Below are positions 54,246 through 64,000 of a stretch of DNA of 64,000 nt, in pieces. The translations under genes and the position numbers were made by a program. This stretch comes from the human T2T-CHM13v2.0 reference genome, Homo sapiens: NCBI RefSeq assembly GCF_009914755.1, contig NC_060935.1. One strand, 5' to 3'. Every line of letters begins with the position of its first letter. Positions within the stretch are counted from its first letter, which is position 1. The notes below the pieces were generated by a model that made no database searches, was not told where the DNA came from, and saw nothing but the letters and a program-made list of their open reading frames with translations.

Positions 54246-55513
54246 CCCACAATCCTAGGAAATAATTGGTTGTTCCATAGTCAAGATGACAAGTTTCCAT
54301 CACTTTGTTTTAAACCTGTCTAATCCATCAATGACAGTCCTATAATCTTTGTATCAAAGAAAAGCTAATTTTACAATTTGGACAAGTTGATGAGTGGTAA
54401 CTCACTTCAATGAACAAAACTCTGAAAGCCAACCAATCCACAGCAGCTTCATGATGTGGAAGTAAACCAATCCCTGGTGGACTCACTTATGTGAACATCC
54501 TTCTAAGGCTGATATCAACCCACCCCTGCTTCTAAAAGCCACACAACCTGAAATACTCTTCCCAACAACTCTATAAAAGACTGGCAGTTTGCTTTGGTTG
54601 GAGAAATTTTCCTGACCACAATGGGTATTCCTTACTTAAGAAAGATATTCAGATTTTGAGTGGTGGTCTCCTCCTTTGATAAATCCAGAGGTCCCGATGA
54701 GATTGTGTTGAAAACGCCTAGTTGACAGAATTCCATGGGACTTGACAACAGATGCTTTGAGCCCAGGTCCTCTGTGCCCTAATTCTACTTACTTTGTGGA
54801 TTTCCCTGACGTGTTTCATTAAAATGTCTTTGCTGAATTTATTTTGTTATCCTAGAATTCATAACCAAAGAGTTCTTTGTACAAGAAAATGAGATCTCAG
54901 TCTTTTTGTATAATTAGCACTTTTTTGAAAATGCATCATTTGTTGAATATTTTTGCCTTTAATCTGCTTATTCTTTTCCTGCTTGCTTTGCTTTTGTTTT
55001 TATTTGACTGTTTGTACAAAGTCTCATCTTGTGCAGCTCTGATTTGATCTGCACTGTCTTGTGTCTGTTAAATGCATGAGAGAGTGCTCCACAAGGATAG
55101 CTGGAGGCGTAGGCTCCAATCCCATCCAAGCTAGCCCTGAGGACTGCGAGTTGGAGGTTCAGGAGATAAGCAATTAATTCATGCAAAAGTGATGGATCAG
55201 ATTTTGCTCTCAATCCCTTTCCAAATTTTATGAGGATGTTCCCTATCTTATCAACGTGTAAAAGAAGGTCATTTTGTTCAGTCTGTCCCAAGGTCAACAA
55301 TTGTTGCATCATTGATTGTGTGACCTCTTCCTAGATTCTGCTTGGTTGGTTGAAACACTCTTTACAAGTACACACACTCTTGACTAACTATGGTGGTCTT
55401 TTTGTCATGAGATTGGCTAGGTCAAAGCCTCAACCTTTTCCTAACAGAACTCCTGCTTTTTGTATGAATTTACTTTTAACTTGGTAAGTGACAAAACAAA
55501 ATTGTTTACTTAG

Positions 55514-56213
55514 TATATTAGCTTGCTAGGGCTGCCATGCCAAAGTACCACAGACCAAGTGGTTTAAACAACAGAAATTGATTTTCTTGAAATTCTGGAG
55601 GCTAGAAGTTTGAGATCAAAGTGTCAGCAGGATTGGTTTCTCCCTGTGTTGTCATATGGGTCTTCTCTCAGTGTCTTTCTGTGTCCTAATTGCTCCTCTT
55701 CTCCTCCTCCTCCTCCCCCTCTTCCTCCTCCTCCTTCTTGTTCCTTCTCCTTCTCCTCCTCCTTCTTCTTTCTTTTTTCTTCTTCTTGATGGGTCTTGCT
55801 CTGTTGCCCAGGCTGGAGTACAGTGATGTGATTATAGCTCACTGTGGCCCCAAGCCATCCTCCTACCTCAGCCTCCCTAGTAGCTGGGACTAAGGGCATG
55901 CACCACCATACCCAGGTAATTTTTATTTATTTTTTTAGAGATGAGGTCTTGCTATGTTGCCGAGGCTGGTCTCGAGCTTTTGGCCTCAAGCCGTCCTCCT
56001 GCCTTAGCCTCCTGAGAAGCTGAAATTACAGACCTGAGCCACAGCACCTGGCTCTAATCTTCTCTTCTTAGAAGGATGCCAGTCATATTGGATTAGGGCT
56101 CACCCTAATTACCTCTGTGACGACCCTATCTCCAATTACAGTCAGATTCTGAAATACTGGGGATTAGGACTTAAACATATGAATCTCAGAGAGACAAAAT
56201 TCAGCCCCCGACA
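55514..56213 (-). mobile_element. MLT1A/B-like MaLR LTR containing an Alu
   Basis: TATTAGCTTGCTAGGGCTGCCA...AAACAACAGAAATT...GTCATATTGGATTAGGG; near-TSD CTTAG/CTGAG. Confidence 0.85.
55693..56053 (-). mobile_element. AluJ-type SINE whose tail has become a (CTC/CTT)n tract (55693-55787)
   Basis: Diverged Alu at 55788-56053 preceded by a polypyrimidine triplet-like tract. Confidence 0.85.
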
Positions 56214-56915
56214 CTGAGAACTGATCATTTTGGGGAAATTGTGACATGTCAAAATTAGGAAATTAATACATTTCACAATAGCTCTGGAAAATGATGAGAA
56301 AAACATATTCAAAGTTCAGGAGTCAGCTTTTTTGATGGATAGACTAAGGACTCAAAACAAAGCATTGATACGGACAGAACCTGTCACAAAAATTCTACTT
56401 AGCTCCTGCTCAGACTCAGAACTCTCTCCTCTGTGCTCGGCTCTCTTTCCTTGCTCATCACCACCACTTACATTCCTCTACTTCTTCTGCTCTCTCTCGT
56501 GAGCTTCTAAGGAAGTTTGTCTCAGGAAAAGAACAATTACCTTGCAAAATAGCCCCTGAAAACTACTAGACCAGAAGGCATATCTATAGAAGCTGAATTT
56601 TAACCACGGTCTACAGCTAAACTGAGGGATATAATTAAAGTATTTTTGTAAACCTCAGGAAGGAAGGCAGAAATTTGCTGCAGAGTTCAGGGTTTTGTTA
56701 CACTGATTGTCCCCAGCAATCAGATATATACCAACTAGTCTACTGCATTGTCAGGCTCTCTGGTGAGGGAAAATATTAAAAGTAGCAGTGTAGGAGAGAT
56801 AAAGAGAGAAACTAAATAACTCAGCTATGCCGTAATTTTTTAAATGGCCCTAAAAGCACAAGGAAATAGGAAAGTTGTTAAAATAAGGCCATGTCAGAAG
56901 GCTTTTCCTAAAAGG

Positions 56916-57120
56916 CAGTGGTGTGCTGGTGAATATTTAACCACCAGCTCTTTGGTGTTGGGGGAGTAGAGGAAAGCTATGAATCGTAACATTTGCAGAT
57001 TTCCATGTTGTAAATACTCCCACCATAGCCAGTTTCAAGCTAACCACAAGATATGACCTAATGCAGCATGGGGTACAGAAGCTGTCAAGAGTCAGCACAA
57101 GCCAGTTCCAGCACACTATG
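56916..57120. mobile_element. MER63-like hAT element
   Basis: Terminal inverted repeats CAGTGGTGTGCTGG ... CCAGCACACTATG; internal GTAAATACTCCCACCAT. Confidence 0.75.
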
Positions 57121-58421
57121 GCTTCAGGGCAGCTTACACAAAGATTTGAATTTGCAAAGAAAACAAGGATGAATCAACAGATGCCAAGAACCTTTCATAA
57201 CAGTATTGTTGAGTGAACCCACAGCCGAAGTCAAGAGAGAGTCATCCTCTCTCTTTTTTAATGTCCTCTGACCTAAAATAGGAGAATAGGAAAAAAATAT
57301 GTTTGAAAGAAAAGTTGCCAGTGTAGAAAATTTTCAACATGTAGCCTAATAGAAATCAATAAGCTAGAAATGGAAGTAAACATCTGAGTTTCTGATTTAA
57401 ACAACTGGCCCAGGGATCAAAACATGCCTTCTGTGCTCAGAATTCAGAACTTCTTGAGAGGATTACCTGTGGAGGTTGCACACAGAAGAACCATTGGAGG
57501 AATGAATGGCCCATAGTTGTGTAGAAACTGAAAAACAGCTATCCGAAATCTGTCCAGCGATGCCTCACAGAGAGACATTAGCACCCAACAATTCCTAGTT
57601 GTCCTCTTCTAAACTCCATGTACAATAGACATCTTTTGTTTTACCTGCCCAGGGTCTCTGCCTCTGGAATCAAAACTCATTTTTCATGTGCTTTAAGTGA
57701 AGCTGACCCCAGCTCCTTCACCTTCCCCTAGCCTAGCAGGTGACTCAGAGATGGCTGGTTGGGAACTCCAGCCCCTTGGTTCAATGATGGGCAAGTGACC
57801 CAACCTGGGCCAACCAGAGTCCTCCTTGATCTGCAGGATTTTCAGGAAAGATGGTATCTCTTCAATAGAGTTGCTAAGCTAGTGAGCAGTCATCCATTTC
57901 TCCTTAAACCTGGGCTTGCCACTGGGGCAGCTCAGCTATGTTTTGCCTCTGCTTCTATTTCTCCTGCATTACTGACTATCCTTCTCCCTCTTCTCTTTAC
58001 CTCCCTCATAGCTGCTGCTTTCTCGTGATCTCCAATGGCCTACCTAGTTCATGGCCTTCCCAGTTCTTGCCTATTGCTTTTGCACTTTGCATCTTTACAC
58101 CTCTGCCTATCTACCCTGTGAAGACAGGGACCATGCCTGTTTTGTGTACCATTTTATACCCAGTGCCTGGAATTCTTTTGAATAAGTGAATGATCTTTGT
58201 CTTTCTCTGAGTTTTCCATTCAAATTTGCCAAAAATGGGTTCTGATGGAGTTGAGCCCCCCACCCCACTGGGGTTGTCTTTGGTCAGGTATTCTACTCTT
58301 GTCCAATCCATTATGGCCAGTGTCATTATGGCCACATTGTATAAGGAACTCCCTGCAGTTAATAGAAGGTTTCCAGAAAGACGAATGTATAGCTTGCAGA
58401 AAAAGCCTGTTCAGCCCAGAA

Positions 58422-58912
58422 GGTTATGGGAGGCAGATTCTGACATGACCCCATTGAACTCTGCCTCCTGATATTCCTGCCCTTGTGTAATCCCCTTCCC
58501 TAAGCATGGGCTGGACCTACTGACTCGCTTCCAACCAATAGAATAAGGCAAAAGTGATGAGATGTCACTTCCATGATTAGGTTAGAAAACACTGACTTAT
58601 CTTTTTCTTCTTATATGTTTGTCCTGATGGACAGGCCAATCTGTCAAGGAACTGTGGGTGGCCTCCAGCCAACAGCTGGAAACTGAATCCTACTAATGTG
58701 TGCTTGGAAGTGTACCCTTCCCAGCAAAGCCTTCAGATGAGACCACAGCCCCAGTCAACACATTGATTTCAGTCTTGTGAGAAACCTTAAGGCAGAGTAC
58801 CCAGCTAAACTGTGCCTGGATTTTTGATTTACATTAACTGTGAGAAAATAAATGCTGTTTCAAGTCACTAAGTTTGGGGATAATTTGTTATGCAGTAGTA
58901 GATAACTATATA
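58422..58912 (+). mobile_element. MLT1E/F-like MaLR LTR
   Basis: CCCTTGTGTAATCCCC...GATGTCACTTCCATGATTAGGTTA...CTAAGTTTGGGGATAATTTGTTATGCAGTAGTAGATAACTA. Confidence 0.85.
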
Positions 58913-60274
58913 CAAGCCAAGTGATATCTCATCCCACTATCATGTCTACCATTATTTCTTAAAGTACTACTGCCTTAAAAACTCAGGGCAGTCCTCCTGG
59001 GCTGGGCATTTGGGGTGACAGAGTCAACTCTTTCTTAGAACTCTGTTGTATTTCAAGGACCAGAGGCAGGGAGATGCCTAAATAGACATTCACAGAAGAT
59101 GTCCACAACTCAAGCCTATATCCAAGGAGAAGACTACAGCTCACCAAATCTCTGGCTTCTAGTGCCCTGTAGTGCCAGTGCTGGGAGCTGAGGCTTTATT
59201 GCCTGGGGAGTGGGTGACCAACCCTCTGAAAAGTGGCCTGAGGCCAAGAGACACCAGTAACAGCAAGAAGATGGCTTGCATTGGGGCTGAATTCTCCTCT
59301 TTCATTTCTGGAGAATGGTTTATATTTTGGCCTAGGATGGCCACTGGGTTCCCAAATTCTGCTCTGAGCCTCTGAAACCAACCTGAGCTGCCTAGGCTAG
59401 AAGCCCTTGGCTGCCCTCCCTGATATCTCTCTGTTGCATTCCAGGCTCCTAACCTTGCTAGAGTGACCTCTGTCCAGAGAGCCCAAGATTCATGCCTCCA
59501 GAGCTCCTCAGTCAGAGCCAAGACACAGAACTGCCCAGCAGGGGATGGGGCAAAGGCAAAGCCTCTTCCCATTCTTCCCCAGACTAGCTGTCTCCTTGGG
59601 AACATTAAACACCCAGCTGAGGCCTAAACCAGAAGAAAAACAAAGCATCCCTATTGAAAGAGTGCCTCCATCATTTCCATCCAATAGATGAGGTGGCTTC
59701 TCAGAGAGGAGCTGGGAAACCAAAGACAAAAGAGACAAAGAGCCTGATGTCCTCATCTTCCCGCAGGCTGCTGGGTGGGTGGGTCACATGGTGGGTTGGG
59801 AGCTGCCTCTGCATCTTCAGTGCAGCCCCAGCCTCGGGAAAGGCATAAAAGATCCGTCCTCCAGGGCCCTTTTAGTTTGAGGCCCTTTCCCTCTCTTTAC
59901 TTCTGTGTTGCAGATCAAGGAGTTTACCTGGTGAGCAGAGCCAATGTGCCCTGGTGGCTCTGCAGAATCTGCCATCATATCACCCTTGTGTGATATAGGA
60001 GTCCCAGGGTGGGTTTCTGGCCGTCTCGGAAGGCCAACTTTGTAGCAAAGCAGTCCTGAATGACTTCAAAGATGTGCTCTGGGGGCAACTTTGTGCAGTG
60101 AGAACAGAGGCACGGGAGTCAGACAAGCCCAGGACTAAATATATCCCAAGCCACCTGCAGTGTGCCCTTAGGTAAATTATTCACACCTTGTCCCCCTCAA
60201 GCCTCAGTTTCCCCATCTGTAGATGTGCAATAATTTATTCACACTGCACCAGCGCCCTACCTTGTAGAATTAAA

Positions 60275-60455
60275 CAGGGTTGGGACTAGGGTGAGGTGAG
60301 TGAGACCCTTGTCTTGGGCACAAAATTTAAGGGGGTGCCAGAAAGCTCAGTAGCCAACATAAATAATATTTTAATGCAATATTTTTAAAAATCAAAATTA
60401 ATGCAAAAAAATCCATGATCAACAAAATATCACAATTCTAAACAAAGAGGATCTA
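60275..60455. mobile_element. hAT-type DNA transposon fragment (MER91/MER96-like)
   Basis: CTAGGGTGAGGTGAGTGAG...CAAAATTTAAGGGGGTGCCA...AAATAATATTTTAATGCAATATTTTT. Confidence 0.65.
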
Positions 60456-61533
60456 TTCAGTAATTGGCTGTGAAGATTACACTCAATAAGCTTTTTGAGA
60501 TGCTTTCCAGGAGGCTGCACATATGGGTTGTAGCTGCTTGAAGAGCCCCATCAGGCCTGCTCAGGCCCAAGTTCAAGTGCACCGTGCCGGCTTGCACTGT
60601 GTAGTGCAGTGGTTAGTCATATAGGCTTGGGGGTCCAGTAGACCCAGGTCTGAAAACTGACTTCACTACTTACCATCTCTGTGATCTTGGATGAGTTATT
60701 TTGTCACTCTAAGCCTCAGTTTCCTTATGTGTAAATTAGGGATAATAATAACAACACTATCTCCACCAAAAGGTTGTTGTAATGCAGGATGCCTGACCCA
60801 TAGAAAGGGCTTCGTCATAGTGGCTGTCATTATGGTATCATTTAACAAACATCAGAATCAACATGAAAAATTCCCTTGGCTGGGCAGAGGATAAAACAGG
60901 CTGGCATTTTGTGGCCGTCTGCTCGCTGCCTTTGTGAGTCCTCCTGATAAGCTGCATCTGCCTGGCTTTCTTGTTAATCAAATACACAGCTGGCTTGGGA
61001 GCTGCTTGCCTGGAGCTGCCTTTGCTACTGTGTCTGCTGCCATCTGGATATCAGAGGGATCACAGAGAAGAGGCTGGGCGTCAAGGCAGGAACAGCTGGG
61101 GCAGAGGGTGGGGAGAGTCCCGGGCTGCAATCTGTTTGCTGCACGCTTGTTTGAGATGCATGGTGGTTGGCAAGGAACAAAATAGCATCCTGGGGGTACA
61201 GCCAGCCACTCTCTGCCTTTCTCCTTGGCATGCAGACAGCATGGGGCTCTGGTCTGGTTTTGACCAGTGATCTGCTCTGATGGCTGATTCGTCCAGTTTG
61301 AGGAGAGCTAGGGGTGCAGGTGACCCCAATAGGACAAAGGAGGACACTTTCCAATTTATTTTGGGCAGGCTTTTTCCTTCTGATGCTTCTGACATCAGAT
61401 GCAAGAAGAAAGGTTTTGAACCAGAGTTATGTGTAGGTGACAGTATTAATTTGTTCACTTAGTAAGCCACAGACCTGTGCTAGGTACCAGAAGAACTAAC
61501 TGATGGGGTGGAGAGGCAGCACAATAGCAGAGC

Positions 61534-61680
61534 ACAGGGTTCATAAACTTTAACGTGCATCAGAATCATCGAGAGGGCTCATTAAAAACCAGAGTTCTGA
61601 TTCAGTAGGTCTGGGGAGGGACCCAAGAATTCACATTTCTAACAAGCTCCCAGGTGCTGCTGCTGCTGGTCTGAGTACGA
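61534..61680. mobile_element. MER5A-like hAT element
   Basis: GTGCATCAGAATCA...GAGTTCTGATTCAGTAGGTCTGGGG...CATTTCTAACAAGCTCCCAGGTG. Confidence 0.85.
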
Positions 61681-63134
61681 CTGACATTGGAAATGTGCTG
61701 TGTAGTTAGACCGCCTGGGTTTGAGTTGAGACCAACTCAGCTACTTACTGGCTGTGGGGGGCCTTTGGCAGCTTAATCTCTCTGTGAATCGGTTTCCTTA
61801 TCTGTAAAATAAGGATGAAAATAACAGCCTCTAGTTCACGGGCTCCATGATTTATGCACACAAAGCACCCAAAGCAGTGCCTGGAATATGGTAAGCCCTC
61901 AATATGCATGAGCTATTATAATCTGTAATATGTAAACATTGTACAATGAATTATGACATGTGTGTTTTTATAAATAAACAAGGAAAGTGAGTAGTGAAAG
62001 GTCCCTATGGATTCCTACATATACAAAATATTTGCATACAATTTCAAGGGGCTCATAGGCCCCCAGGAATTTCATCCTTCTTGATGCCCCTGGTTTTGTA
62101 GATTATAATAGGTATCGTTTTTGAGCCTCCTCTCTGTTGCATGACGTGTGGCAGGTAATTGATATTCTAAATTATTTCATTTAGTTCGCACTCTAACTTT
62201 GTAAAACAGTCATTGTCATTCCTATTTCACAGGCAGAACAACCGAGGCTTAGAGAACTTGCCAAGCGAGGGTTAGAGTTAGGATTTGCACCCAAATCTGT
62301 CAGACTCTATGTCACATGGCCACTAGTCACTTCCTTAGAATGACCATGTCACCAGTTTATCCAGAAGAGCACATTTAGCAGTGACCAAGTGATCAGCCCT
62401 ATAGGGGAGAAATTAAAGGTTGTTCTTGACCTCAAAGAGCTTCTATCTAGTTGAGAAATCAAGATAAACAGAAATCTGCAACATAGTATATTATTGCCAG
62501 CAAATAATAGGTGTGGCAGAGCATTGATGTGATTCACCAGATATGCATTTGCTTTTCATATTTTCCAGCTTCCCTTGCAGTGGTATTAGGCTCATGTGAC
62601 TGGGCTTTGGCCAAGGAATATTGGGCATCATATAAGTTACTTTCAGTCTTGGCCCTTATAAACATGTCGAATGGTCTCTACTTTCTTTCCCTTGCCTTGT
62701 TGCAGTGATTTAGGAAGCCATGTATTCCAGATGGCACAGTTCAAGATGGAGGAGAATTGCCCACCTGCTGTCAGATTGAGACAGGAAGGAGAAATGAACC
62801 TCTATGTGTTAAACCACTGAGATTTCTGGTCACTGCAGCATAGTCTAAGCCTCCTGACTAGTCAAATGGGATAGCCATAATTGCATACTGAGGCGTTCTG
62901 AGAAGATTAGGGAGTCCTGAAATATTCAGGCCTTGAGTTGGCTACAGGCCCCATTCTAGACAAGGTGAGTCAAAATCTTTAGAGAAGGGTCACAGTACTC
63001 TTTAATTTTTAAGGTGATACTGAGGAGAGGCTGGTACTGTGGTCTGCTATGTCTCCCAGAGAATCTCTCAAGAGAGGGGCACCATCCCATGAACATCTAC
63101 AGAGCAGGCTCTGGGGTGGGACTCCTTGGGCTAG

Positions 63135-63493
<359 letters not shown>

Positions 63494-63617
63494 CCCCATT
63501 CTAGCTTTATGCTGGATAATTTAAGGATCTACTTTGTAAAGTTGTTGTGATGACTAAATGAGAGTTGATGTATTCGTTATCTATTGCAGCATAACAAATT
63601 ACCCCAAAACTCAGTGT

Positions 63618-64000
63618 TGTCAACAAAAAGAGTCAAACACTGTAAAATATTTGAAGAGGCTTATTCTGAGACAAATATGGGTGACCATGGCCCATGACAC
63701 AGCCCTCAGGAGGTCCTGAGAACATGTGCCCAAGGAGGTTGGGGTGCAGCTTAGTTTTATATATTTTAGACAGTCATGAGACTTCAACCAAATACATTTA
63801 AGAAATACACTAGTTTGGTCCAGAAAGGTGGGACAACTTGAACCAGGGGCCTCCAGCTTATAGGTAGATGTAAAAATTTTCTGATTGACAATTGGTTGAG
63901 TTTATCTAAAGACGTGGGATCAATAGAAAGGAATGTCTGGGTTAATATAAAATATTGTGGAGACCAAATTCTTATTTGCAGAGGAAGCCTTCAGATGGTA
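63618..64000 (-). mobile_element. MER4-family ERV1 LTR, truncated by the window end
   Basis: TGTCAACAAAAAGAGTCAAACACTGTAAAATATTTGAAGAG...GACACAGCCCTCAGGAGGTCCTGAGAACATGTGCCCAAGG. Confidence 0.8.

Larger units (their letters stand above)
54270..56500 (+). mobile_element. Putative ancient ERV1-class 5' LTR, primer-binding site, leader and gag remnant, interrupted by a MaLR LTR
   Basis: Two CCAAT boxes (~54433, ~54467), CTATAAAA at ~54571, degenerate tRNA-Gln primer-binding-site-like CAGAGGTCCCGATGAGAT at ~54686, T-rich leader and faint gag-matrix-like peptides. Family not resolved. Confidence 0.5.

Noticed and set aside
54678-54716. DKSRGPDEIVLK, resembling the LINE ORF2 KSPGPDG motif
   Set aside because: Isolated; the same bases are better explained as an LTR end plus primer-binding site.
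54968-55312. 114-aa minus-strand ORF with a helical look
   Set aside because: No recognisable domain or splice structure; lies antisense in the putative ERV leader.

Overview
Primate, most likely human, genomic DNA (it carries an AluYa5). The window holds the 3' end of LDLRAD3 on the + strand: about 34.7 kb of a long intron, the 346-nt penultimate exon (34708-35053; transmembrane helix plus first PPxY motif), a 1.7-kb last intron, the last coding exon (36783-37020) and a ~2.7-kb 3'UTR ending near 39760. The remaining ~24 kb looks intergenic. The rest is interspersed repeats: about 20 Alus, MIR, L1M, L2, MaLR and ERV1 LTRs, and hAT MERs. Repeat family names come from recognition by eye and boundaries are approximate unless target-site duplications (TSDs) are given. 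The most interesting structure is an ungapped 58-bp, L1-derived inverted repeat (34217-34274 / 35265-35322) bracketing the 346-nt exon, a candidate driver of back-splicing. Reading frames then predict two untested products: a 148-aa ORF on the circle with a PPxY motif but no transmembrane helix, and an exon-skipped mRNA encoding a soluble ectodomain. There is also a candidate recursive-splice/poison exon at 50-185, a young AluYa5, several local duplications and a nested ERV1>MaLR>Alu insertion. All other ORFs in the track look spurious.
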